Assembly (NCBI RefSeq): GCF_002113885.1
Contig: NW_018408703.1
Location: 746,036 to 810,035 of the forward strand
DNA length: 64,000 nucleotides
Direction: 5' to 3'
Source: Mizuhopecten yessoensis
Taxonomy: Eukaryota
Part shown: piece by piece, positions 47,552 to 60,850 of the stretch
How positions within the stretch are numbered: the stretch's first letter is position 1
How the letters are laid out: every line of letters starts with the position of its first letter
The notes under the pieces: model-generated
Database searches by the model: none
The model's input: the letters and a program-made list of their open reading frames with translations, nothing else
Told to the model about the DNA's origin: nothing
Made by a program: the position numbers and the translations under genes

Positions 47552-49123
47552 GGGGTGTTCTCGTTTCCCCCACTTTTTATATAACAAAGGAAAGTGTTGA
47601 TTTAGGAAGACAATGGCAAACCAATTATAGTCTGTTTCATACTTACTCCCAGGTAACTTACCTGTGTGAAAGTTACCTGTGTGACATGTAGCTTTGTGGT
47701 ATATGTTGGGTAAAAATAAGGTTTTTATACTTTTTTGGGGGTTCAAATATCTTTATATATAATCGATTTATTTTTATGCTTATACATATGAAGAGTTTAC
47801 AGTCAAATATTTACATTACACTTTTAAACAGATAATATAGAATATAACAACAATACATAAGAGTTCACAATCGAGTATTTCACTACTTATACATAATGAT
47901 TACATTTCAATTATATTACAATTTTTAAACATACAACCGTCAATGCATATTAATTATATTAATTTATATTACACTGTTCAGGCCACCAAATACAAGACAA
48001 GTTTAACATTATATTTCAAAACATGTTAAGAAGTTAAATCCATCAATATAAACTGTACATTACATTTACTAATCACACAATACAAATACATTAACAATAT
48101 TCACATTTTAAGAATAGAAAAGTTTAGTAATTAGAAATCTCAAATTGGCCCCCCACAAATTTATATCATATCTCCAATTTAAAGTTGATGTCCAACAGCC
48201 AAGAGGCAAAGATTTTTGCTGTTATCTATCCCAAATGTAAGAGATGTGATGCTGCACTGGCGTACTCCATAAGATCCATCGTCTGGTTCTCAAGGCGCTC
48301 CTGTTTCGGTATCGTTTCTCGTGTGGTCTGTTGACTCCTCCTGCATCTCGTTGTATCCTGTTGATCTCGTTGGCTACCTGAATCTCCTGGAACACATGGC
48401 GAAGATGTTTGGATGTACATGGTGAACCTTCTTCTTCATAATCTCTCTGGCGATGACGTTGGCATGGTCTGAAGGATGGGTGTGCTGGCGTACCGTACTG
48501 GAATATCATTTAGTGTAGTCAGTGTGGCAGGGCAGGTGGCATCAACACAGGTCCAGTAGGTCCTCTCGCCTCTGTTGTTCTTAATTAATTATAGATGTTC
48601 AATGATTTTTATGATAGTTATAAGATACTTATAACATCTAGGAATTTTGATTGATTAACTGATTAATTAACTGTTAAACACCACACTCTTAGTCACACAT
48701 TACATTCTTACATTTTGTACAAGGTAATGTAGGCATCTTATTAAATGTTACAATAAATTAATAAAGGTTATTTAAAGTAAATGTACTAGAAAATGAAATA
48801 ACACATTTCATCTTATCATACCAGCAGCACAAGGACTACACAATGGATATATTTAATACTGAATATATATATTTAAATATATGATTAATATTTAAATAAT
48901 TTAAATTTTAGTATTTGTCATTACAAATCTGAAAAAACTTGTATAATGTATTATTGAATTAAATATGATAAAACACCACCTTAGATAGAAGGGTTAACCA
49001 CAGGTAAACACAGGTAAAAACACAGGTAAATACTGCCCATACTACTTAGAAACAGACTATAATCCTTCTAACAACATTCTTCCCCCATGTTATTTTAAAA
49101 CGTGGGGGAAAAGAGAACAAGCC
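47552..49123 (-). mobile_element. Mutator-like (Phantom-type, FLYWCH) transposon, internally deleted
   Basis: TIRs GGGGTGTTCTCGTTTCCCCCAC / GTGGGGGAAAAGAGAACAAGCC; 8-bp TSD AAGGCTAT (47544-47551, 49124-49131); empty site in unit 2 near 56773. Internal relic TYWTCVDATCPATL...HTH (FLYWCH) is fused to HPNIF...EINRIQ..GG...KRYR (MULE C-terminus) at 48226-48582. Confidence 0.85.
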
Positions 49124-51314
49124 AAGGCTATTACACTAATCCTGTTGCGTCATGTGATGGACAATAGTAATGAGTTATGAAAGTAAGTTTACAGAGAGTA
49201 CGTACTTAGGGATATAAAAACTTCACACATGAGTCTGATCTCAAATGTCACAAAGGATATGTAGTAATTACAATTAAGGATAATGCCACATGTGTATAGC
49301 CAAATTCTGTCTTAATGTCATATAAACGTGTTTTGCATTAAGTCGCACTTGAGTTGTTAGATATGAACAATTCGAAATATAAATTTAATAATAGATGGTA
49401 AGATTAATTTTTTTCATGAATAAGTAAATATTTACACAATTAATTTCAGCACTAATTTATCACAAAAATTCTGTGTGATAGTTTCCCAAAGAAACGTTTT
49501 CTATAATTATAGGGAAAGCTTTGCTTGGGTTAGGAAAATTTAAACATTCGTGAAATCCGGGACCTAGAGAGCACTACTTGTGTTAATGATTTAATTTTCA
49601 TATGAACCTTAACTAGTCTCATTTTCTCACAATTATACTGATATGTCATTTTTATGGAGGCAAATAAATTTTGTATTCTCATTTTTTTCAGATTTCTTTC
49701 ATTTGGGATCTAGACCCATATAACCAATTATACAGATATTTCCCTCTCATGGACAAAATTTGTTCTTGTGTTCTCACAAGTTATACAGAGTCTGAAATCT
49801 CATTCTTATTGACCAAATAAATCTCGCGTTCTTACAAAGTATTCCAAGAGAATGTGTATGTGTGTGTACCTACATGAAATGAAAATGAATATACATCAAA
49901 GACATAGAAAGTAAAGGAATGTAAACAATATTGATGAATTTTTATTTTTTCTTATTTGCAAAGTAAGTCGGACTGACCGCGATAATATTTAGTTATGTCA
50001 GTAAATTTTAATTCTTATTGATAGACACATACATTTGTTATATTAAAAGTCCATTGTGATTATTTACTATCGTTATTCCTTCAAACAATTGGTATAAAGT
50101 AAGATAACAATATGTTAATGTACAAGTCATTCATATGCTAATATTAAAAGAAGTTATTGAAAGTAACCTGTAGTTTTGAAATGGTCGCTTTACTAGTTTC
50201 ACGAATAAAACAGTATACTCAGATCTGTTAGTAAGACAGAAATAAGGTTAATTTACACGAAAATTGTGTTAATTCATTAGAATATCTAATAATTAAAATT
50301 TATTGATGAAGTTCTACAGTATTTTCAGTCAGGGACGCATCAGAAATCCACGAAAAACAAAAACGTGACCGAGGGAAATGTCCCGGTTTGTAAATATCAT
50401 GGCTGTAATATAATTTGTACCTCGATGGGCGAATCTTTCCTAATGTTAGAATTGAATGAATATATATATATAATTATGGAGTAATGCTAAATATTATGTA
50501 CATATATGGCATAAAAGTATTGATATTTATTGATACCAAAGGGAAAAAATATTAGGCCGTCATTCGAATTATTCGTCTGGTATGTCAGCCATTAAACTTA
50601 GCATATGATGTATAGGCCGTTGAAATTTCTAAAAACAAAGCATTTTACAGTACAATTTTTGCATTTCATATGATGAAATTCAGGGAAATAGCCGTTTCAA
50701 ACATTTACAATATATATGTAATTGTAATTTTATTAAAATGGAGCCTTAGAAAGCATTTTTAAACGGGTCTGTGTTTAGCTTACAATATGGCGCCTGTTCC
50801 AAACCTGTGCTTCTATGTCTCGGTTGAATCGCATTTTTATTGATATTTAAGAATATAAGTATATATGTTTGATACATCATAGGAAAGAAAAATATTAATT
50901 CTTTACTTTAATGTAACAAAAAAATTATCTGTAAATGTATTTATATGTAAGTTTTACATCTGTACATAAAATTCACCATCATCAAATCAAAATATCGGTA
51001 GATAATGATTCGAATACACTATTCTCCCCAAATTTTAACATTTTTGCTTTCCATAAATAAAATCTTTAAATAAAATGCTTTAATATCGCGGTTACTTAAA
51101 TATTGTAGGGTTTGTAACGAATAAACTGTACACGATTGAAGTAAGGTAAGAAAACACATAATTCATATCACCACTTATATAGTCGGTAAAAGTCGAGCGT
51201 TCTGGGGAGGTGTCGTCGACGACGTACGAGCAAAATGCGTAAATAGGCGGTTTTGAAAAAAACTAGCCATTCTCGCTTATACCTCGGTACAGGAAGGATA
51301 TCTAATTCGTCAAC

Positions 51315-51872
51315 ATGAGCGCCGCAGCAGTATCCCCAGTGAAGGAAGTCAAGAAGGCAAGCAAGCCTAAGGTTCCAGCAGCACACCCTCCGTTTGCCAC
51401 TATGGTAACCGCAGCTGTTGCAGCTCTCAAGGACAAGAAAGGATCGTCAAAAATCGGGATCATGGGTTACATCATGGCCAACTACAAGGTCGGTGATGAT
51501 AAGAAAAAAGTCGGCTCCAGAGTCAAAACTGCTCTGAAGAGCGGAGTTGCTAAGGGAACACTGAAGCAAGTGAAAGGCGTCGGAGCTACAGGCTCATTCA
51601 AACTCGGAGATAAACCCAAGGCAGTTAAGAAACCCAAGGCAGCGGCTAAGAACGTTACGAAACCAAAGAAGGCCGCAGCAACCAAACCAAAGAAGGTCGC
51701 TGTCGCCAAGAAGACGAAGTCCCCAAAGAAAGAGAAAGTAGCAAAGAAACCTGCAGCTAAGAAGGTGGCCAAGCCGAAGGTCAAAACCCCGAAGAAGGCT
51801 GCAGCCAAAAAACCCGTAGCCAAGAAACCTGCATCTAAGAAGGCAGCAGCCAAGAAACCCGCCAAGAAGTAA
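51315..51872 (+). CDS. H1: Histone H1, copy 2, 185 aa
   Basis: As copy 1; 12 aa differences from it. Confidence 0.97.
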   Translation: MSAAAVSPVKEVKKASKPKVPAAHPPFATMVTAAVAALKDKKGSSKIGIMGYIMANYKVGDDKKKVGSRVKTALKSGVAKGTLKQVKGVGATGSFKLGDKPKAVKKPKAAAKNVTKPKKAAATKPKKVAVAKKTKSPKKEKVAKKPAAKKVAKPKVKTPKKAAAKKPVAKKPASKKAAAKKPAKK

Positions 51873-51916
51873 ACACTTTAACAGTGATTTGGTCTTAACA
51901 GACCCCTACCCCCAAA

Positions 51917-51932
51917 AGCCCTTTTCAGGGCT
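51917..51932 (+). terminator. Histone mRNA 3' stem-loop
   Basis: AGCCCTTTTCAGGGCT. Confidence 0.92.
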
Positions 51933-53434
51933 ACCCAAATTTCTCAAAAAGTGTCAAGGACACCTCGAATATACGCATTTGTATACCAGACTGCCGCGTT
52001 CCAGCTGAGTGAAAAGAGAACGGGTATATATCACGGTTTTTTTTGCTCTATGTACGTATTTTTTCTTCAAAAGGTTTCAGATGAAGTATTCCGCCATAAA
52101 GAACTGAATTAAAACCATACAGCATTTATCTATATCGATGTGTGTGCGCTAATATGTCACTCATGTCAGGAATCTGACACATTCCTTGTCTGTTAAGCCA
52201 TGACGTAATCAGTCCCGACTCCCGGGGCTACAACCTGCGTCCGGTCCATTAATATCCGGTAGTCGTCTGATCTATAGTACCCGAGGGAACCGACATACTG
52301 ACGTCACACGCACCCACATACACACAGGTACGATCGAGACATCTCGATTAAATATCTCCGCGTAATTATCCAGTTATGTGTTGAAGACAAGAAATGTATC
52401 TATTCACACATAACAGAAATTCTTAAAAGAATGAAAAATCAATCGTTAAACACGTGAGATAATGAGATAAAATTTGTCAAAATAATATCAAAACAGAACA
52501 CTGCTTCGAAACAATTTTGAACAAAGACCATTTTTTGACATGATGGAACGAAGATAATTATATTCGACAACATCAACATTTAAAGGCGATGGTTAGAAAT
52601 GACGTGCGAACACGCCATAGTTTGTTCGTGGATTTCGTCCACAGTTTTTGTGACTGATCTTGAACAAAATGGCTAACGGAAGAACTAAACAGATCTTTCT
52701 CATATTGCAATGATCCATTCTATTTCTTTCACATTAAGTACTGTGAATTTCGTCCTCAGTTCAGTTTATTCCCGAGAGCCATCCGACTCGTGTGTTAAAT
52801 ATCAAACAATAACGCCATGTAATACATGTACAAGAGATTATTATACAAATTTAAACTAATTAAGTGGAGGGTGAGCTTACAAAGTACATTTCCATATCAG
52901 ACATTGATTTCTCTAAATTTCTTGTAGCACCATATTGCCTGTCCAGCGTCGGTAGATGTAAGTGATCGTATAGTAGTTTTGGCATTCCCCAAAACTACAG
53001 ACAAACTGACCGGCGGCTGTACCTTAGAACGTCCGTCAGATGTGGAAGAGTATCCGAGTTATAAACCAATCCACACCTTGTTTTAAAGTTAACTAATGTT
53101 TACTTAATATCCCACGGCTAAGCTAGCCGTTAAAACATGGCAAACAATACGTACATTAATAACAGTATAAACGACAGAACAAAACCGTTTAGTAAAGCTA
53201 TATATATCAGCCCCACGTGGTAAAATAAGGCCTATAGGTAAATGTAACTATTCTTGAACGATGAATACCTACCCCTCCCGGAACACTGAAATACGTCAAG
53301 CTAACCAGTTTTAACCTTACCCTAACGTTGGTGTACTGCTTTCAGTACATCGGTAGCACTGTTTTCAGCGCCTCGGTGGAGGGGTTTTCCCCTCCTGGTA
53401 TAGCCGGCTTTTCGGCCACGCAAGTCCCCGATCT

Positions 53435-55900
53435 TTTATTTATTTAGTTCGATTATCCAGCAGACGAAGAAAAGAAAGGAAAATGAGAAGAAGGGATAAA
53501 GTAGGGAGTTGAGAGTAGAAGAGGGGAACAGATTAGAGAAGGAGCCGTCTATCCTATATATATTAACTGTATAAGTCTATTTTTTGTAAGACGGCTCCTA
53601 TGCCTAATAATGCCTTAACCTAACACTCGTCGTATTGTATCACAAAGTCTGGACCGGAAGTGAGGTACTGAGTCGCCGCCAGCTACACCAGCCCTTGCCT
53701 ATTCTATGAGGCGGGGTTAGAGTTATAGTTTGGTTATAACATTGATGGGAGCGTGAGGGGTTGGAAATTGAAAGAGGTGAAGGGTTACGAAGAAATGTGA
53801 CGATGTTAAATGTTTTTAATGGATATTAGTTGATATTTAACTAGATATGGGGTGGGCCTGATTCAATCCCGGGCTCGTATTCATGAAACTGTTCTCATGC
53901 TCAAGCATGGATTTTATGCTCCAACCAACTTTCTTGTAACTCACTTAAACCATGTCAAACGATCAAAAAGTTAAATGTAAACATTGAAAACAGTATTTGG
54001 CATTAAGTCTCTTCAATTTTTTCACCTTATCTTTGACAAAATAAGATTTTATTATGAATTTATTAACGAAACAAGAAATTAGGCTTGAGCACAAAATTCA
54101 TGCTTGAGCATGAGAACGGTTTCATGAATACGGGCCCCGGTCACCTGCCCGACCACGCGGGTTTTCTCCGGATACTCCAGCTTCCTCCCACATTAAGAAT
54201 TAAATCCTCTGCGTGCTTCTGTGATAAGTTTGGGAAAAAGCTGTTTGGTAATTGCTATAGAAAAAGTGCATATTACATATTTGACAATTAGTCTAAGTAA
54301 ATGTATAGAGATGTTAGTTAAAAACTAAAATTAAAAAACCCACATTGAAATACTTAAATGTAACTGAGATCGTCGTTATATCGATATGTAGTCTCAATCA
54401 CTGTTCGATCCTGAAACACCGTATTTAATATCCAATTTTGTAACTGTCACCAAAGTTTGACAGGTAATGATGCCAAATAGAATTTAACAGTTTCTGTCTG
54501 TAACTAGTTATAAATCGCCACGCGTTGTGAAAAAGTAATACGTTGCTGAAAAGGGGCGTTGAACTCGGGTTGGTTGTCTGGAAAATTATTGTTAATATCG
54601 TCATAAATGCATTAACCATTGTTTCCTTTACGAGTGGTGATGCATAATTAATTATGTAAAGTCTGTTTAACCAGACTTTCAAAAATGTAATTTTTTTCGT
54701 TCATATTCTCAACAAACGGAAATCAAAAGCTGATGAAATTTTAGACAATGAAAAATGAAATGTACACGTTGACCTATTGGTTTAATGCAGCTCTTTTTGA
54801 AGATATCTCCCAGTAGAAATATTTACAGAACCTGGTTGATGACAAAAAGGATCTCCAGGTCTAAGTGAGATATGCCACCAGTTTTTAGTCAATCCTGGAT
54901 CCTTGATCGGGTTCATTTAGTACGGTTAAATTATTTCCTAGGAGCCAATCTCCTAGTAAATTCCCTCTGGGGTTATTTTCTCTACTCCCCCACATTATAT
55001 TTGCAGCATTAAAGTCTCCAGATAAGATACAGTGTTGGTATTTTGATGTTATGTTCAAAATTGTATCTAGATCTTCTTTCTCTAATGTTATGCTGGGACT
55101 TATATATATATTGAAAATTGCTATCATTTTATTGTTATTGTCTATCTCTGCACCGATCATTTCTATTTTTGGGGAGATATCATTAACTGGTACAGATTTA
55201 TATGCTATATCATTTTTAATGTATAACGCTAACCCTGTGGTTCGACTGCCTAGTTTAAGTGGTTCGTAATAACCTATGATTTTGGAAACTTTTAATTTGG
55301 GTCTCATTTTTGTTTCTTGTACTTTAATTATGTCTAGGTATTTATGCTGTGTTAGAAATTGTGTTAGGCTAATTAAGTTAGCTCTGAGGCCGCGCGAGCG
55401 TTCCAGCTGAGTACAGACAGGGAACGCTCGCGATCTTTTTATCTGTCTGTACTGCCATATTGGCTAGTTAGTGTTTGTGTGTGAGTTTTTGTTGAAGGTT
55501 ACCTTTATACGTTTAGTTTCTTTGCGAGATTTTTAGAAGATCTTGTGTTGTACCTTTCTAGTTTAGGGGTTTACTTCGATTTTTTAGATTGTTTTTTTTC
55601 TCTTATTTGTTTTTTTCAGCACTGTTACGGGGGGTTCTGGGGATTCAGCACTGTTTAGGGGGATTTCGGGCGGGGTGTTGATGGATGTGGGACATGGTGT
55701 TTCTGGGGATTCAGCTCTGTTTAGGGGGATTTCGGGCAGGGTGTTGATGGTAGTGGGACATGGGGTTTCAGGGGACTTTATGGACATATTCTCTGTCGTT
55801 TCTGAACTAATACTCTGTGTTGGGGAGGGTGCACTAGAGCTTGGGGAGGGGTGGGCATGTGATTTTGCCTCTAGGTTTGGGCGTTTAATAGGGGTGTTCT
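53435..55900 (-). mobile_element. I-group LINE remnant, unit 2: ORF1 end, APE endonuclease and 3' UTR
   Basis: 54860-55460 gives SVLSWNAR, QETK, GLALYIK, NIYISP, SGDFNA, WGS...NPRG, LTVLN. Confidence 0.8.
53872..54136. mobile_element. PIF/Harbinger MITE nested in a V-SINE
   Basis: 38-bp TIRs GGCTCGTATTCATGAAACTGTTCTCATGCTCAAGCATG; TSD CCG; V core follows at 54159-54191; only the right end survives in unit 1 (44419-44447). Confidence 0.82.
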
Positions 55901-58808
55901 GATTTTATTGATGTTCGACAGTTATTGATAAACCCATGCCTAATTCCTGAATTAATGTATATATTGTGGGTTGACTATCTCAGTGACATTTAATAGTCCT
56001 CGACATGTGTCAATATCCAAAATATACTCCAATCAGTTTTTCCTCCCATAATGCAGTAAATGTAATGTACTCATCTATATATTTTATCCCATCAATACTT
56101 TCTTTAAACCCTTTTGCACCTCTTTCCCTTTTTCCTCCCCCATCCTCTTCTCTTCCATATACCTGTATCTATATGCATTATAATAGTCAGTGCCGTCCAA
56201 TCGCCGTTTTACACAAACAGGAGACAGATTAACACAAGTACTCTGTACTTATTTTCGAATCATATAATTATTATACCGATAATTAAATAAAGTTTAAACT
56301 AACATGCGTTATGTCCCTTAATATAGTTTGTTTTCATATGTATTTTGCGAGACATTTGAGTGCTCATTTACTATATAAACGTAATTTAAAATTAAAAATA
56401 TAAAACTGCATTAATATTAAATATCCATCAGGTGAACGAAGTTCATTCATCATCAACTTAGTTTATTTATTTATTCTGAGTGTTTTAACATAAGGTTTTT
56501 CTTCACGTTTTGTCTTGTTGAAATGATGACGTAAGAGTTGATAAAAGTTTAACTTTGAAATTTAATAAGAGATAACTTTTGACATGACGGCGGGATATTT
56601 TGGAGTTTCCAAAATATACCCGATGTGTTCCGTACAGAGTCTAGAAACTCACTCATTTACAATACAACATATCACAGTAAACACATGTACGTACAATAAA
56701 GGTACCTGAGGTTTAAGTGACAGGTGTCGCTAATTGTTAGATCAATTACCCGTGGTCAGTGTCCTCAAGGTAAAGGCTATTACACTAATCCTGTTGCGTC
56801 ATGTGATGGACAATAGTAATGAGTTATGAAAGTAAGTTTACAGAGAATACGTACTTAGGGATATAAAAACTTCACGCATGAGTCTTATCTCAAATGTCAC
56901 AAAGGATATATAGTAATTACAATTAAGGATAATGCCACATGTATATAGCCAAATTCTGTCTAAATGTCATATAAACGTGTTTTGTATTAAGTCGCACTTG
57001 AGTTGTTAGATATGAACAATTCGAAATATAAATTTAATAATAGATGGTAAGATTAAAGTTTTTCATGTATAAGTAATTATTTACACGATTAATTTCAGCA
57101 CTTATTTATCACAAAATTTCTGTGTGATAGTTTCCCCAAGAAACGTTTTCTATAATTATAGGGAAAGCTTTGCTTGGGTTAGGAAAAATTAAACATTCGT
57201 GAAATCCGGGAACTAGAGAGCACTACTGGAGTTAATGATTTAATTTTCATATGAACCTTAACTAGTCTCATTTTCTCACAATTATACTGATATGTCATTT
57301 TTATGGAGGTAAATACATTTTGTATTCTCATTTTTTCCAGATTTCTTTTATTTGGGATCTAGACCCATATATTTGTCGTGTTTTCATAAATTATACAGCT
57401 ATTTCCCTCTCATGGACAAAATTTGTTCTTGTGTTCTCACAAGTTATACAGAGTCTGAAATCTCATTCTTATTGACCAAATAAATATCGCGTTCTTACAA
57501 AGTATTCCAAGAGAAGTCCGCTGTGATTATTTATACTATCATTTGTCCTTCAAACAATTAGTATATAAAGTAAGATAACAATATGTTTTTGTACAAATCA
57601 TTCATATGCTAATATCAAAAGAAATGATTGAAAGTAACTTGTAGTTTTGAAATGGTCGCTTTACTAGTTTTACGAACAGAACAGTTTACTCAGATCTATT
57701 AGTAAGACATAAATAAGGTTAATTTACACGAAAATTGTGTTAATTTATTAAAATATCTAATAATGAAAATGTATTGATGAAGTTCTACACTATTTTATTT
57801 GCATTAATTATTTTGAAAAGTTAGGGACGGATCAGAAATCCACAAAAAACAAAAACGTGACCGAGGGATATGTCCCGGTTTATAAATATCTTGGCTGTAA
57901 TATAATTTGTACCTCGATGGGCGAATCTTTCCTAATATTAGAATTTGATGAATATATATATGTACATGAATAATTGTGGAGTAATGCTTAATATTATGTA
58001 CATATATGACACAAAAGTATTGATATTTATTGATACCAAAGGGAAAAAAATATTAGGCCGTCATTCGAATTCTTCGTCTGGTATGTCAGCCACTTAGCAT
58101 ATGATATAGACCGTTGAAATTTCTAAAAACAAAGCATTTTACAGTACAATTTTTGCATTTCATATGATTAAAATCGGGAAAATAACCGTTTCAAGCATTT
58201 GAAATATATCTTTAATTGTACTTTTATTAAAAAGGAGCCTTAGAAAGCATTTTTAAACGTGTCTGTGTTTAGCTTACAATATGGCGCCTGTTCCAAACCT
58301 GTGCTTCTGTGTCTCGATTGAATCTCATTTTTATCGATATTTAAGAATATAAGTATATATGTTTGATACATCATAGGAAAGAAAAATATTAATTCTTTAC
58401 TTTAATGTAACAAAAATAATAGCTGTAAATGTATTTATATGTAAGTTTTACATCTGTAAATGAAATTCACCATCATTAAATCAAAATATCGGCAGAAAAT
58501 GATTCGAATACACTATTCTCCCCAAATTTTAACATTTTTGCTTTACATAAATAAAATCTTTAAATAAAATGCTTTAATATCGCTGTAACTAAAATATTGT
58601 AGGGTTTGTAACGAATGAGCTGTATACGATTGAAGTAAGGTAAGAAAACACATAATTCATATCAACGCTTATATAGTCGGTTAAAGTCGAGCGTTCTGTG
58701 GCGGTGTCGTCGACGACGTACGAGCAAAATGCGTAAATAGGCGGTTTTGAAAAATAATAGCCATTCTCGCTTATACCTCGGTACAGGAAGGATATCTAAA
58801 TCGTCAAC

Positions 58809-59366
58809 ATGAGCGCCGCAGCAGCATCCCCAGTAAAGGAAGTCAAGAAGGCAAGCAAGCCTAAGGTTCCAGCAGCACACCCTCCGTTTGCTACTATGGT
58901 AACCGCAGCTGTTGGAGCTCTCAAGGACAAGAAAGGATCGTCCAAAATCGGGATCATGGGTTACATCATGGCCAACTACAAGGTCGGTGATGATAAGAAA
59001 AAAGTCAGCTCAAAAGTCAAAACTGCTCTGAAGGGCGGAGTTGCTAAGGGAACACTGAAGCAAGTGAAAGGTGTTGGAGCTACTGGCTCATTCAAACTCG
59101 GAGACAAACCCAAGGCAGTCAAGAAACCCAAGGCAGCGGCTAAGAAAGTTACGAAACCAAAGAAGGCCGCAGCAACCAAACCAAAGAAGGTCGCTGTCGC
59201 CAAGAAGACAAAGTCCCCAAAGAAAGAGAAAGCAGCGAAGAAACCGGCAGCTAAGAAAGTCGCCAAGCCGAAGGTCAAAACACCGAAGAAGGCTGGAGCC
59301 CAAAAACCCGTAGTCAAGAAACCTGCAGCTAAGAAGGCAGCAGCCAAGAAACCCGCCAAGAAGTAA
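58809..59366 (+). CDS. H1: Histone H1, copy 3, 185 aa
   Basis: As copy 1; 10 aa differences from it. Confidence 0.97.
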   Translation: MSAAAASPVKEVKKASKPKVPAAHPPFATMVTAAVGALKDKKGSSKIGIMGYIMANYKVGDDKKKVSSKVKTALKGGVAKGTLKQVKGVGATGSFKLGDKPKAVKKPKAAAKKVTKPKKAAATKPKKVAVAKKTKSPKKEKAAKKPAAKKVAKPKVKTPKKAGAQKPVVKKPAAKKAAAKKPAKK

Positions 59367-59411
59367 ACACTTTTCCAGTGTTTTGGGTCTTATCAGACCC
59401 CTACCCCCAAA

Positions 59412-59427
59412 AGCCCTTTTCAGGGCT
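59412..59427 (+). terminator. Histone mRNA 3' stem-loop
   Basis: AGCCCTTTTCAGGGCT. Confidence 0.92.
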
Positions 59428-60675
59428 ACCCAAATTTTTCAAAAAGTGTCAGGGACACCTCGAATATACGCATTTGTATTCCAGATTGCCGCGTTCCAGC
59501 TGAGTGAAATGAGAACGGGTATATATAGTATTTTTTTGCTCTATGTACGTATCTGCCAAATGTTTCAGATGAAGTATTCCGGTTTAAAGAACTGAATTAA
59601 AACCATACAGCATTTATCTATGTATGTGTGTGCGCTAATATGTCACTCATGTCAGGAATCTGACACATTCCTTGTCTGGTAAGCCATGACGTAATCAGTC
59701 CCGACTCCCGGGGCTACAACCTGCGTCCGGTCCATTAATATCCGGTAGTCGTCTGATCTATAGTCCCCGAGGGAACTGACATACTGACGTCACACGCACC
59801 CACATACACACCGGTACGATCGAGACGTCTCGTTTAAATATCACCGCGTGATTTATCCAGTTATGTGTTGCAGGCAAGAAAATGTATCTATTTACCCACA
59901 ACAGAAATTCTTAAAAGAATGAAATATTGATTGCTAAACACGTTGGATAATGTGTTAAAATTTATCAAAATAATGTCGAAAAAGAACACTTCTTCTTCGA
60001 AGCAATTTTGAACATGACAACTTTTCGACATGATCAAACGAAGATATATTCGGCAATATTAACATTTAAAGGCGATGGTTACAAATGACGTGCATCATGT
60101 TTCGTTGTATATAACTGAAACATTATCATAATATCACAATAATGATTGCGAGAACGCCATAGTTTGTTCGTGAATTTCGTCCTCAGTTCAGTTAATTCCC
60201 GAGAGCCGTTCGACTCGTGTTAAATGTCAAACAATAACACCATGTAATACACGTACAAGAGATTATCATACAAATTTAAACTAATTATGTGGAGGGTTAG
60301 CTTACAAAGTACATTTCCATATCAGACATTGATTTCTCTAATTTTCTCGTAGCACAATATAAACACTTTCCGAGAATACATAATTCATTTACATTATTAG
60401 TACGTAATAATTTCGTTAACTTAAAAACAGGACTTCTGTGATAAAATCGCTTGATATATTTACGTCTCAGGTCTTGATATAATGGATATTTAGGATGAAG
60501 TGAAATTCATCTTCTATATCACCAGAAGCACATCGAGTACATGATCTATTCTGTCGAACAACGTTGTTCCGTCTACCCACTACAATATTTAAGTTATGAG
60601 ACGACAATCTAAAACTTGTAATAAGACATGTGTTCTATCAATAAGGTGCTGGTATAAATAACCTTTAAATGACAT

Positions 60676-60850
60676 GTTAAAAGCTTTGGTAATTTAGGAC
60701 GCGTCCGGTTTTAGTGACAGAGGGAGGTCGGTGAACGATAAACAAACGACCAGTGCGTGGCGATTGATCCATGTGGGACTCGAACCCGCGACCCAGTGGT
60801 GGAGGGCCAGTGATCATAAATGGAAGATGCCTTACAATCGCCTGAAGCCA
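60676..60850 (-). mobile_element. tRNA-derived SINE, same head as 4898-5172
   Basis: Minus strand CCCTCCACCACTGGGTCGCGGGTTCGAGTCCC (B-box). Confidence 0.65.

Larger units (their letters stand above)
40583..60360 (+). repeat. Tandem segmental array of histone H1 units (core-spacer-core-spacer-core)
   Basis: Homologous cores at about 40583-43240, 50440-52935 and 57932-60360; homologous spacers at about 43240-50440 and 52935-57930; ATG-to-ATG periods 9668 and 7494 bp. Confidence 0.92.
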
